From the IMG/VR virus record IMGVR_UViG_2832220722_000003, positions 15,218-79,217 of that record: DNA of 64,000 bases. One strand, written 5' to 3'. The number at the start of each line of letters is the position of its first letter. The first letter of the stretch is position 1. Below, one piece after another: positions 12,001 to 18,253 of the stretch. The stretch comes from a virus (Duplodnaviria > Caudoviricetes). The position numbers and the translations under genes are program-made. Below the pieces are notes generated by a model. The model saw only the letters and a program-made list of their open reading frames with translations, had not been told where the DNA came from and ran no database searches.

Positions 12001-13063
12001 GGGCCGCAGGCGGCGCGCCAAGATCGGCCGGCGCAGCATCCCCGGGAGCGGGCGCCCCGCCCTGTTTGCCCCGGGCGGCGGCCTCGTGCAAGCCATGGAA
12101 GCCGGACGCGCCAGCCCCCATAGCCCCACCGGACAGCACGCCCATGACGGCTGCCGAATCCAGGTCTTCGTACCAAGGCTTGTCCAGCGCGACGTTCTGG
12201 AAAATCTGCTCGGCCATCGACTGCGGCAGTTCCTCCAGGAAGCCCTCGGAAATCGCGCCCTCGATGACCTTGCGCGGGATGCTCTTGACCGCGGCGTCAG
12301 CCACCAGGGGGTTGGCGGCGGCGCGCGCGGCCGTGTCGGCGGCCTGCTTGTCCAGCCCCTTCATGCCCTGCGCCAGCATCGTGTCGGCCTCGCCGATGCC
12401 CAGGCGGTTCGCCACCTTGCCGCCCAGCGCGCCGAATGCGGTCGTGGCAACGCCCGTGGCGCCAGCCAGTGCCGCCTGCTCTGGCGTCAGCAGCCCATCC
12501 TTGGTTTCCTGGCGAATCTGCTCGGCGGCGGAACCTGCGCCCGTCACACCTTCACCGATGGCGCCGGCTGCCCAGGGCGCCACGCGCGGCGCGGCGGCCA
12601 GCAAGCCCCGCGCGGCCACACCGCCCGCGCCCATGCTGGGCAGGGACTCGCCCACCGCCGTGGCGATCAGGCTGGGGTTCTGGATGGCCGTGACGGTCTT
12701 GTCCACGATGCCATCGGCCGCCTGAAACTTGCGCTGCGCTTCCTTGGTCGCGTCTGAGTGCCAGTCGTTGGCAACTTCCTTGGCCTGCTTGAAGCGCAGG
12801 CCCACCGCACCACCCTCGTTCTCCAGGAACTTGCCCACGGCGCCGCCCGTAGGGATGTCGGCCAGGCCCACCAGGGCCTCGGGCACGCCGATGGCGCCCT
12901 TCACAGCAGTAGCGGCAACGTCCTGAGCCCAGCCTTTTAAGCCGCGCGGCGCGGCGGGAGCCTTGTCGGCATCGGGGCCGTAGTCCTCGTTCCAAGGCTC
13001 GGCGCCGCCATCGGCCGCGCCACCACCGTACTGTTGTTCCCAGGGTTTCTTTGCATCGGTCAT
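1..13063 (-). CDS. Giant DarB-like polyvalent protein (>4350 aa, 3' end beyond window): InPase-like, N6-adenine methyltransferase, SF2/SNF2 helicase, zincin-like HExxH and PLxRFG domains
   Basis: ATG at 13063 (MTDAKKPWEQQY). No ORF is listed in this frame, consistent with it staying open to position 1, and the long + ORFs are its antisense shadow. Motifs read by hand: GNYKKGHVRLNGLDISIENPAGS (~10430-10500), VLESSMGTGNF (~8440-8473), NIGNPPFG (~8260-8285), DHAVGAGKT (~6110-6135), VDEAHEFKN (~5590-5620), HEMIH (~2057-2072), GYAPLSRFGRY (~790-825). Confidence 0.9.
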   Translation of the reverse strand, partial: MTDAKKPWEQQYGGGAADGGAEPWNEDYGPDADKAPAAPRGLKGWAQDVAATAVKGAIGVPEALVGLADIPTGGAVGKFLENEGGAVGLRFKQAKEVANDWHSDATKEAQRKFQAADGIVDKTVTAIQNPSLIATAVGESLPSMGAGGVAARGLLAAAPRVAPWAAGAIGEGVTGAGSAAEQIRQETKDGLLTPEQAALAGATGVATTAFGALGGKVANRLGIGEADTMLAQGMKGLDKQAADTAARAAANPLVADAAVKSIPRKVIEGAISEGFLEELPQSMAEQIFQNVALDKPWYEDLDSAAVMGVLSGGAMGAGASGFHGLHEAAARGKQGGAPAPGDAAPADLGAPPAAPNAGLERVSNEFAARLKALQEQEQGEPQVPQAAPPDGAAALARQQAQAQAERDAQIAAGRAMESPDDEIYQSTGATTPRPSEAMGLRPGPAAGTLENAAALAVDTGASAEVQQATMLAQAAEDAKKAKPADQKKERESTAAQAVDPNTGEISDTSVSQWSDADLSTAFRAAQSKDVRRQLAQELSRRRANREEDALQAELRAEQAAASMPDAPDSAFARVQEDAGAVPDRIDIQGASDAARAAPGSKAEGASVATLAQLNRKQLPDLSTEELNQLASLLPADHGRQKKIQKELQTRAKTAQSAINEGAKTNGAETTQAQQGSAQPAQAGAAPGGAVAGQGAGLEQAGAAPAAAAQGLTNDAARAQRAQRLDDAGAAWTRMPVADRQAITARLDGVKPVLAKNLPRAQWENLNGDIKLKIAAAIAPQVQAEAAPVTVRSAGPGATAKPAPAAIPRQAVVNESLTTERQDAQTETAAVTAAAHEAATSHKNDLPAPTEAQIEAGNYKKGHVRLNGLDISIENPAGSRRRPEWPPLKNHYGYFKGSVGADKDHVDVFMTNRAADPDLPVFVVDQVNEDGSFDEHKVVMGAADEAGARATYLGNYERGWTGLGAITQMTQDEFKAWVRDPTKTKKRAAPALAPREAAWSEAEEKRLLASIGRTGGVVTKDMDGHFYAEVAVSNNDTKGVRATGKTSLAAKRALLAKLEAEATAASAPAQAPANMKDADKINPAISAVRAYVDGDIDKAALIEKLRPLGLTEAQVDSVTMKLEEDFTADDIRAVLASPAPAPQPSTTVKKKPSADQTRAKADLMNALADLGDILGKGTRLNMMPEQEQKLLPVLTRVLDAAFRLGYHKFKDAAKFSLDQIREHLGAAAADALTLDHLQGAYIAMAGGKQGVDTKRAVIDIEDKAEIEAHNATPAEPETDTMDEAPAGADQNGETGNERADIRGDGPQALGQVAAAEGGRVEGERGTGASPADGRQGNAAAGAGPNGAGLPAARSGGSGAPAVRPAQTRARHQPGAVGAQGNSRAGARVPEDDGRVAVPGGEASAPNIPAADFQITDDVELGKGGEVQKFNDNLAAIRALKHIEAEGRRASPDEQALLARYVGWGGLASAFPDPISGNFKDKWKERGEALRDLLTKEEYAAARRSTRNAHYTSQTVVSAMWDMVRRLGYRGGLVLESSMGTGNFLGLAPKDMANRFVGVEYDSLTARIGQALYPQATVLHSGFQKVPVADNAFMLNIGNPPFGSESLRFQFKPELQGVSIHNQFFRAGMDALRPGGLQAMVVSRFLMDAQDKSTRLALAQQAKLVAAFRLPDTAFKENARTDVVTDILIFQKLDAGAQAAMEAAVAEYRKVAAKKKDADTAAAALVPAWVETVQVPDPLGGEAMTVNAYFRDNARNVLGVLERSGSTQHGADITVRLDRPAELGALLREAVARLPENIQNFDQQVLAATAARHKSMSDALRIAVANEEAGHVKRTPEGLLRVIERETPEGDYELAYQPINEASPWHDSLSQDASGKWYVLEQATDAEGNKLKALGDDGKETRRNLYERKVFDTPADVPEKMRLGKLGMQRLEGLVGLRDLLKRQLVLETADAAQAVMEGNRKALAKAYEAFVKANGPVNRSTNLKMAMTMPDGGLVAALEVGYQPARTAEQAARSGLPAQKEQATAAPILRERVVPKYEPATKAATASDALAITLAERGRVDMERIASLLGVNQAEAAQQLQQGDEPLVFQDPETQTWETADAYLSGLVKRKLNAARAAGMAQNVQALERVIPADWTAENVTVTLGGTWVPADVYADFVQHLAGGKARVSFSPLTNSFNVSLDSSDRAAMANWSTEGAPVDYIVSRVLNSKAVTVTGRDADGNTYIDKEKTALAGLKAREIEAEFGDWVFKDGDRRQHLVGIFNEKFNTRVVRQFNGQHLQLPGKVPDTLIKMRRHQMNAIWRGIYERFMLVDHAVGAGKTFTAIARAMERRRMGLSRKPMIVVPNHLVEQWEADVYRLYPGAKVLAAGKKDFEAKRRRRLFGKIATGDWDIVIVPHSSFGFIGIAPETESRYLQLEMAQAQAAIEDAWQQAREDGQDGGRRKPFGVKEAERLAEKIQGRMDRLAEGVRDRLLTFEQLGVDDMTVDEAHEFKNLYYSSNLTGVRGMGDKTGSRKANDLYNKVRVLREQPTGSVTFLTGTPISNSAVEMFTMLRYLAADSLEEMGLTHFDAFRAQFVEATPAFEPTESGRLKQVTRLGRTWSNMRSLMDLYYQVTDAVSLDDIKRFYAEDNDGAAFPVPKIAGGKDRQLVTIKPTPAQDAELKAVMASFDGLEDIKDPYERNAERLRLMDRARKLSLDIRAVDPRSASQEEGGKLQVVSENVKRIYDKWRDDKGTQLVFLDRSVPKAKGDDKIIREYDALLTKRSEALRVDDQEAFDAAQEALDRYDSNEIAELRLAQTSPWSAYQQIKDNLIAAGIPADEIRFVQEANNDEQKAALFDAVNGGKVRVLIGSTPRMGAGTNVQQRVVGLHHVDVTWKPSDIEQREGRAIRQGNELLAKYGDDFEVELLAYATERTTDAKMWDLNATKLRTINGIRKYTGAFTMEFEDEEAVGMAEMAALASGNPMLLERVKVESEIQTLELQERAHRRKMWGVEDELRFARQAIKDNPGRIEAAEQRRTQAKDAIAALEAEQDARSVTIEGKAYGTVKDAFAAAEAIVKDQQGGNDKARYAVTINGRRVTTKDGISDQITAALGDVDPFAATVGGKVFTQRTAAAREAAERMNQAMKGQDELQNFALGEMLGYQLVGDLVPMPMKDGATVYEPSLTLMDGDRTVASHSGNVQTGDLTATNLRGLLQSLVNDIYRNARSTDPEYLARQMAQAERDLPALEARKGEGFPKAQELATKRARLAELVTLLEGKQQAEPTTEAQAEADENPDEAHAGVRAAPADTFAAEVMAELAAVDELFQNPVVRAGSAEAALRQIDPSVKFVGDVTAEDERQESGADTKLMFRTAKGRDFYVYEKGNELWLDVSRLDEGDGGNAIYAALMDYAASEGKVFIGDPTGLSDVAMRRRLEAMISSAIKHGSTDHMEPHARQVEGDEKLGIPALQWRGGDTIGNIQRMIDVSLASIAAHVPEFRRARYDFTTGTFRNSQGAPLSDEVLRGWASKFGRVRAAGAGERTLKRGILLNTLARTESSQRPGLLEQALRQPRQLVGEQAKGIFYKGGQARAASRTSTGTPTDRAIMDMVGEGRDAASILRMIAGTSRSPFNRKVARLLTKTGAAPAVALSQESMGGADGFTFLAKYSRKNDTLTLTPGAQAQAEHIFMHEMIHAATLRALDRKGLASLQMRRLYEHVKRQSGAAGQYGMKNVGEFVAEAFTNPAFQRALRKMEAPSGSTLKTAWDGFVRILRSILGLQQDSTDALSKALELGVAVMGEDKALRGRGARGQGAAPAEDAAHFGAADFNRLKSSAIDQITQTFTHPGKVSLWDKTVGTMRHLGERVPQFKPVFDAAQRFIDDVSMLANDAADAAPRLMPRVETLADLKKKPITAADNKAVAKPLFEGTLMWARDLDGEPVTTEALNDKYRNASADEKAQILLRTGKIQPQMLKVWQGQPLDRFEAIINNKFESTILKPGIVWSAKELKTLFGLSDGQVSLYQEARAAIDRSIDMTARTDMLRLMGEAYAPMREAVLGQPTLRDAFDLVVETLQGDARENEEQADRLLQISNQVVTRHETANELMDHGYAPLSRFGRYTVDVVDQGGERQYFGMFESQREANQMKLKMASVFPGAAITQGTMSQQAFKLFQGITPESLEQFGEMLGLSGSGGEAKDKAFQAYLQLAKNNHSALKRLIHRKGIDGYSEDVGRVLASFVYSNARLGSGGLNAGTMEKAVESIPKEMGELRDVAMGLRSYIQDPQEEGQAVRGMLFAQYLGGSAASAMVNMTQPFQITMPWLSQYGGMKQAAGQMARALNDMRKSWTDKNFQYEPDLAKALQDAVDDGTVSPQEIHQLMAQARG
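2410..2682 (-). CDS. Possible nested (alternative-frame) small gene inside the giant ORF
   Basis: Protein-like C-terminus (…PWHVQRAAKDPDYWSKLYGSRVNW); the main frame loses its GC3 bias here; start codon uncertain. Confidence 0.45.
   Translation of the reverse strand: MSRWPRLPPMSPNFAAPATTSPPEPSATLKAHPFLMRCYEGGHLSLAECERQALGSERLKEAFSSIPWHVQRAAKDPDYWSKLYGSRVNW
8881..9180 (-). CDS. Nested alternative-frame gene, TnpV-like small helical protein (99 aa)
   Basis: SD-like GGAGAG upstream of ATG; GC3 bias lies in this frame while the main frame becomes a G/A/R-rich linker; MARKHWAKWLPQKVAELKASGELEQAL resembles TnpV-like proteins. Confidence 0.65.
   Translation of the reverse strand: MSAQTYEAMARKHWAKWLPQKVAELKASGELEQALQTAGKATQQQVLDLMAQGFQQHEAEEVALPQFVLLKPEPATNLAPWERKEIAAQERAYRKTMAE
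10930..11070 (-). CDS. Possible nested 46-aa basic peptide (MARKPLKPSKAARNQRKQEQ…)
   Basis: GAAGGAG SD 9 nt before ATG; GC3-rich codons; same frame as the other nested ORFs. Confidence 0.4.
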   Translation of the reverse strand: MARKPLKPSKAARNQRKQEQRRAVQLPDKVPALNKLAQHLPLQPKG

Positions 13064-13097
13064 GCGCGCATGCTCGCGGGCGCATGCCGATGCGTCG

Positions 13098-13109
13098 AAC
13101 CCTATGCTG
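13098..13109 (-). promoter_or_regulatory. Late-promoter motif CAGCATAGGGTT upstream of the giant gene
   Basis: Identical 12-mer at 24613-24624; followed by N22 then GAGCAT, 6 nt before ATG. Confidence 0.6.
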
Positions 13110-13117
13110 GGGCTGTC

Positions 13118-15208
13118 TTAGACCTTTTCCCAGTTGGCTTGGTCATTGGGGTTCCCGCCCTTATAGCGGTAGCCGTTGCGCATGTCGCCCAGCTTCGGCA
13201 TGCCCGTCGGCTTGGCCTCTGCCGCGCCGGTGTCGGCCCGCACCACCTGCCCCGTTTGCGTGTTGTAGCGGTAGATGCTGCCCTCGCTGGTAGAGCCGTC
13301 CGCGTTCTTCGTGGCCGGCGTGACCTGGATCTTCCAGGGCGATTCGGCCTGCTTGCCTGACAGGTCGCGGATTTGCTGCGCGATGGCGGCGCGTTCCTCG
13401 GGCGTCTTGGCGGCCTCGTAGCGCTGGTTCAGCTTCTCCTGGCGCTCGCCCTGGCGGATGTCGAAGCCGCGCACCTGCTTTTCGAGGTTCAGGCGGCCGG
13501 CGTCAATGGCGCTGCGGGCGCCAGCGCGCGTGCTCTCGCCCTGCTCACGCATCGCGGCACGGGCGGACTCTCCCTGTTGCTGCATGCCTTCGCGCTGCAG
13601 CCCCGCGTTCTCACGCATGGCCGCTGCATCCATGCTCGGCTGCAGGCCGCGTGCGGCGATGTCGGCCGCCAGTGCCGATTGATACGCGGCAATCTTTCCC
13701 TGCGGGTCTCCCTTTGCCGTAGGCCCGCGCGTGCTCCATGCCTGGGTGCTGCTGCCGCTCTGCCACTCGGGGCGGTTCGTGATGCTGCTGGCGCTGACCT
13801 CCAGGTTGCGCAGGTCGTTGCGCGCCTGCCAGGAGTTCCCGCTGTGCAGTACCGTCGGCGCGGTGACGGTGCCCGGCTGCTGGGCCGTCATCACGCGGCC
13901 GATGGATTCCTGCTGCGAGCGCGCGGCCAGCGCATCGGCGGCTGCCACGTCGCGCGCGCTGGGCAGGCCGCGCGGCACCGCACCGGCAATGGCGCCGTCC
14001 GCGCTGTCGGAATAGCTGTTGCCGCTGCGAAAGATGCCTGGGGCAATCTGCGTTGCGGCAGGAGTGGTCGAGGCGGGCACGGGAGTGCCAGGGTCGCCCG
14101 GCGCTGGATTCGCTGCACCACGTTCAGCGACAGCGGCGGGCGAACCTGCAGCCACGGGCGCGGTCGGCGATGCGCCGGGACGGGCGACGGCGGTCGATGC
14201 CGCTGGGGGAGGGACTGCCGGCGTGCTGCCCATGCCAAGGAACTGCTTGCCGGCGTCCACCACGGCCGGGAGCACCGCGCGCGCCGCGCCGCCGATCACG
14301 TCATCCGCCACGGCGGGCGCATAGGCCAGCGCCGCACGCGCGGCCTCCCCGGCTGCCGCACCATAGCGGCCCTGACTGGCCAGGTCGCCGATGGCCTTGC
14401 CCGACTCATTGAACACGGCGCGCGTGCCCGGCATGAAGCCTGCGGCGGTGGGCGCAGTGGCGGGCACCGCTGGCGCCGGCACCGGGGCTGCACCAGCAGT
14501 GGGCGGCGCGGCCAGGCCGCCCGTGGGAATCTGGCCGATGGACTGCGCGCGCTGCGCGTCCGTCATGCCCTGGGGCGCCTGGGTCGGCGTTGCTGCCGGC
14601 GCGGGCTGCTGGCCGATGGAGGTCGGCACCTGCGCAAAGCGCGCCGCATTCTCCGGGCTGGTGTCCACAGCCAGCCCGGACGCGCCGCCCGTCCTGGCGC
14701 GCGCAGCTGCTGCTTCCGACGCTTCCTGAGCGGAAGCCGCGGCGGCTTGGCCTGCTGCCGCGCTGTCCGCGCGCTGCTGCTCCATGGCCTTGAAGGCATT
14801 GCCCATGTAGTCCTCACGCTTGGAGCCAACCAAGCCTCCATCAACGAAGAACAGGGGCGGCTCGGCCTGCTGCTGGGCGCCGGGCGCGAAGCCGCGCGCG
14901 GCCACGGGCGTGTGGGTCGCGCCCTTGATCTGGTCCAGGGCCTGCACACCGATGGCATGCACCTGCTCGGGCGGCAGCTTGTATTCCCCGTTGCTCAATT
15001 GCACGGGCACGCCCTTGGCGTCTGATCCCATGGCTGCGAGTTGCTGCTCGCCCACGGCCTGGGTGCTGTCCGCGGGCATGATGTAGGTGCCGCTGGGTAC
15101 GTTGTCCGACACATCGTCAGAAGTGCCGGTACCGGGGCCACGCACGGGCCCGCCGTTGGCAAAGGGTTTTGCTTTGCCGCGCATGGAGCCGGGTTGGAAG
15201 CCTCGCAT
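13118..15208 (-). CDS. Internal virion / DNA-ejection protein (Ala/Pro/Gln-rich)
   Basis: 696 aa ORF between adaptor and giant gene; N-terminal GGPVRGPGTGTSDD…LSNGEY motif as in tape-measure proteins. Confidence 0.7.
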   Translation of the reverse strand: MRGFQPGSMRGKAKPFANGGPVRGPGTGTSDDVSDNVPSGTYIMPADSTQAVGEQQLAAMGSDAKGVPVQLSNGEYKLPPEQVHAIGVQALDQIKGATHTPVAARGFAPGAQQQAEPPLFFVDGGLVGSKREDYMGNAFKAMEQQRADSAAAGQAAAASAQEASEAAAARARTGGASGLAVDTSPENAARFAQVPTSIGQQPAPAATPTQAPQGMTDAQRAQSIGQIPTGGLAAPPTAGAAPVPAPAVPATAPTAAGFMPGTRAVFNESGKAIGDLASQGRYGAAAGEAARAALAYAPAVADDVIGGAARAVLPAVVDAGKQFLGMGSTPAVPPPAASTAVARPGASPTAPVAAGSPAAVAERGAANPAPGDPGTPVPASTTPAATQIAPGIFRSGNSYSDSADGAIAGAVPRGLPSARDVAAADALAARSQQESIGRVMTAQQPGTVTAPTVLHSGNSWQARNDLRNLEVSASSITNRPEWQSGSSTQAWSTRGPTAKGDPQGKIAAYQSALAADIAARGLQPSMDAAAMRENAGLQREGMQQQGESARAAMREQGESTRAGARSAIDAGRLNLEKQVRGFDIRQGERQEKLNQRYEAAKTPEERAAIAQQIRDLSGKQAESPWKIQVTPATKNADGSTSEGSIYRYNTQTGQVVRADTGAAEAKPTGMPKLGDMRNGYRYKGGNPNDQANWEKV

Positions 15209-15223
15209 TGGAATCCCCTTGTG

Positions 15224-15892
15224 TTACGGCAGATAGACGTGGGTGTGATGCTCCACATCCACGCGCGTGGCCCGGCGCAGATCGCTATCCACCGGCGGGC
15301 CAAAATAGTCCGTGAACTGCTGCTCGGCCAAAGCCGCGCGCTGCAAATCAGAAGTGTCAGCGTCTGGAATGCTGAAAGCCTTGTGCAGCGCCCATGCGAT
15401 CAGGTGCTTGTGGCTCGCCTCATGGATTTCAGGCTTGTCCATTTCGTTGCGCAAGCCCTTGAGCGGCAGGCGGTAGGCCTCCAGCAGCAGCCGGTCTCCC
15501 GGCTCAATCACGCCCACAACCCGCAACGAAGTCTCGTTCTGCACCGCAAAACGCGCCGGGAACTGTGCATCACGCCAATCAGGCATCTCGGCATCCAGCC
15601 ACTCGCGCGACTTCAAATCAATGCCTCGCGCCTTGCCCCCATTGCCGGGGCTCAGGCGCAAGTTGATGATTTCGTAGAGCTTGGAGTGCAGCGCGTAGGT
15701 GTGCTGTCCAACGGCCAGATCCACCTCGCACATCGCGGGCAAGGCATCCTCGCGCAACAGCCGCGCCCGCATGCACGCCTGCACCTGGCCGTCATTGAGG
15801 AAATCCGTCACCTCCTCATCTGGCCAGAAATACGGCTCCACCTTGTCGCCGGAATCCGTGCGAAAGCGGCGGATCAATTCGGCCAACGTCAT
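15224..15892 (-). CDS. Putative head-tail adaptor protein
   Basis: MTLAELIRRFR…PYFWPDEEVTDFLNDG start typical of podovirus adaptors; position after capsid genes. Confidence 0.7.
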   Translation of the reverse strand: MTLAELIRRFRTDSGDKVEPYFWPDEEVTDFLNDGQVQACMRARLLREDALPAMCEVDLAVGQHTYALHSKLYEIINLRLSPGNGGKARGIDLKSREWLDAEMPDWRDAQFPARFAVQNETSLRVVGVIEPGDRLLLEAYRLPLKGLRNEMDKPEIHEASHKHLIAWALHKAFSIPDADTSDLQRAALAEQQFTDYFGPPVDSDLRRATRVDVEHHTHVYLP

Positions 15893-16335
15893 GCAGGCAT
15901 CCCGTACTGATCGATGAAGCCACGGGCCATGTCGCGCGCCTTGGCCACGCTCACGTTGCCGGGAATCTTCTGCTGGTAGTGCTGGTCGGCCCAGGAAATC
16001 AGGGCCGCGCGGTCCATGGACTCGATGCTGTCCAGCATGTCGAAGCGCGCGTTCTCCTGCTGGCGCTGGGTGTCCTCCAGCGTCTTGGCCGCCTCAAGCT
16101 GGCGCTGGGTGTCCTCCAGCGTCTTCTGCTTCTGGCCGTCCGGGTCCGTGTCATCAGGCTTCGCCGCGTCGCCACGCTTGAAAACGTCCTGGTGCTGCAG
16201 GAAGCGCACTGCCAGAGGCTCGGGCAGCATGCGGGTCTGCCCTGGCGTGAAGGTCAAGCCGGAGCGGTAGATGCGGTCCTTGAAAGGGTCGTCCGTGCCC
16301 GTGTAGGTCACGGCAACGTCTTGGGAAGGGGTCAT
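15889..16335 (-). CDS. Phage hypothetical protein (virion cluster)
   Basis: 148 aa ORF, 4-nt overlap with the next gene. Confidence 0.75.
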   Translation of the reverse strand: MTPSQDVAVTYTGTDDPFKDRIYRSGLTFTPGQTRMLPEPLAVRFLQHQDVFKRGDAAKPDDTDPDGQKQKTLEDTQRQLEAAKTLEDTQRQQENARFDMLDSIESMDRAALISWADQHYQQKIPGNVSVAKARDMARGFIDQYGMPA

Positions 16336-16396
16336 GTCATGTTCCAGTCAATGAAGCCATGAAGCGGGCCGAAGCCCGCCCCGCTCCGGCCACCGC

Positions 16397-16876
16397 TTAG
16401 CGCGGCCCCATGCGCTCGCCGTGGACGATGAAGTCCAGGCGCGCAGCCTTGGCGTTGGCCGCGCCCGCGTGCGTCCACACCAGGTAGGCCTCCTTGGCCA
16501 ACTGCACGGGCGCCTTGGCGCTGGCCGTGCGCAGGCGCGCGGCGGCCGCGCCGTTCAAGGCCGCGCCGAAGTAGGCCGCGTCCTGGGGCGCTGCGGGATC
16601 GTCCACGCCGTCGCAGTAGATGAAACCCAGGTCGCCGGTCGAGCTGGCCGTCATGCCCGTGGACACGATCACCTGGGCGTCCTCCAGCAGGAAGCCCTGG
16701 GGCAGCTTCTCCAGGATCACCACATCACCGATGCCGATTGCGGCGGCAGAGTCGGAGTTGATGACGGCGCCCGCTGCATTGGTCTGCAGTGTCGCGCGCA
16801 GGGTGGTGAGGTTGCCGTAGGGCGTGAAGCCGCCGAACTGCTTGTCACCGATGAACTTCTTCTTGATGGTCGCCAT
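16397..16876 (-). CDS. Putative capsid decoration / auxiliary head protein
   Basis: 159 aa directly after the capsid gene; SD GGAGG; beta-rich. Confidence 0.6.
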   Translation of the reverse strand: MATIKKKFIGDKQFGGFTPYGNLTTLRATLQTNAAGAVINSDSAAAIGIGDVVILEKLPQGFLLEDAQVIVSTGMTASSTGDLGFIYCDGVDDPAAPQDAAYFGAALNGAAAARLRTASAKAPVQLAKEAYLVWTHAGAANAKAARLDFIVHGERMGPR

Positions 16877-16950
16877 GTCGGCCTCCAGAGATTGAGAGAG
16901 GGGAAGGAGTCAGGGCCAGCCGCGTGTGCAGCCGGCCCCAGGTCGATCCA

Positions 16951-18243
16951 TCAGCCGCGCGGCTTCATGATCTTCACGGCGGTGTCGAGCACCGTGACGC
17001 CGTGATCGGTGATTTCCTTGTGGTCGCCGTGATCCACCAGGAAGCGGATCTTCGACATGCCCAGGATGGCGCCGATCAGGATTTCCAGCTTGTCGCCGTG
17101 GTCGCCCTTTTCCTCGCTCCAGAAGAACGGGATGCCCGAGTGCTCCGAGGCGCCGAAGGCCATGGCCAGGGCCTGGCCGCCCAGCAGCAGGCCGCGGTCC
17201 ACCGCGAAGGTCGTACCGAACGATGCCGGCACCTTCACGGTCGATTCCGTTTCCGAGTCGTAGGCGGCGCAATACTTGATGTCGTCGCCCGCGTAGAAGC
17301 GGATGGCCTTGGGGTTCTTCAGGATCAGGATGCCGTTCCACAGCCCCGCGTCCCCCAGGAACAGCGGGTGATCCTTGGCCAGGCGCGCGCGGGCGTGGGC
17401 ATTGGCCTGGAAGGCGCGAAAGGCCGGGTCCGTCGAGAACGTGCTGTACTGCGCGGGCGAAGCCAGGAATACCCGGATGGGGCTGTCCGTCGCGGCCTGG
17501 TCGTTGTCGAACTCCACGGGCGGCGGGGGCAGCGGGATGCTATCGCCCCAGGCGCGAACGGAGTCGAGCACGTCCATGCTCAGGGTGTCGGTGGTGGAAA
17601 TCACCAGTTCGCCCGCGTTGGCTTTCAGCTCGGCCACGCTGCCCGCGCCGGCCACGAGGTGGCGGTTCTTGCTGGGCGCCTTCACGCGGTTGACCATGAT
17701 GTCCGCGAACTTCGGATGCGTGTCCACGGGCACAGACCACTCGATCTTGTGGTCGTGATAGCCGCGCGCGCCGGACAGGTGCACCAGGATGGACTGGTCC
17801 ATGTACTGGTTCATCAGCTTCTGCGCCTTGGGGCGGGCCATGCGGCGCTGGTCGAACGGGCTGCGCAGCGTCGTCATGGTGTTGCCCATGTCGATGGGGA
17901 AGCGCGCCTGGTTCACGCGCAGCTTGTCCTCGCTGTAGGACATGCCGATGCCCTTGCCCTCGGCGTACTCGCTGCCCATGATCGGGTAGCCACCGATGGG
18001 GTTGTCCAAGTGGAAGGTGATTTCGTCACCCTTGTTCTTGGTCAGGTTGTCCGCACGCACGATGGGCATCGAGGTCTTGGACTGGTTGCCCTTGGCGGCG
18101 GCCACGGCCGCGTCCACCTTGGGCATGGAGCCCGTCAGGTGGCGCATCTGCGTGTTGCGCTGGCTGCAGGTGCTGAAAACACCCACGGCCTGCTGGATCA
18201 TGGCGCCCGGTGCGCCATGAGGGGTATTGGTTTTGGTTTCCAC
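16951..18243 (-). CDS. Major capsid protein (N4-gp56/DUF4043-like)
   Basis: 430 aa, GTG start after AAGGAG; NLTKNKGDEITF, EYAEGKG and LLGGQALAMAFG motifs; follows scaffold. Confidence 0.85.
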   Translation of the reverse strand: METKTNTPHGAPGAMIQQAVGVFSTCSQRNTQMRHLTGSMPKVDAAVAAAKGNQSKTSMPIVRADNLTKNKGDEITFHLDNPIGGYPIMGSEYAEGKGIGMSYSEDKLRVNQARFPIDMGNTMTTLRSPFDQRRMARPKAQKLMNQYMDQSILVHLSGARGYHDHKIEWSVPVDTHPKFADIMVNRVKAPSKNRHLVAGAGSVAELKANAGELVISTTDTLSMDVLDSVRAWGDSIPLPPPPVEFDNDQAATDSPIRVFLASPAQYSTFSTDPAFRAFQANAHARARLAKDHPLFLGDAGLWNGILILKNPKAIRFYAGDDIKYCAAYDSETESTVKVPASFGTTFAVDRGLLLGGQALAMAFGASEHSGIPFFWSEEKGDHGDKLEILIGAILGMSKIRFLVDHGDHKEITDHGVTVLDTAVKIMKPRG

Positions 18244-18253
18244 GTCTGGCTCC

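Noticed and set aside
26-12757. Long plus-strand ORFs (26..1783, 2594..7021, 7577..9754, 9992..11098, 11861..12757)
   Set aside because: All share codon register with the giant minus-strand gene; they are antisense shadows with no motifs
16056-16103. Short in-frame duplication (KTLEDTQRQ twice) in the 148-aa virion-cluster gene
   Set aside because: Ordinary intragenic tandem duplication with no sign of wider function
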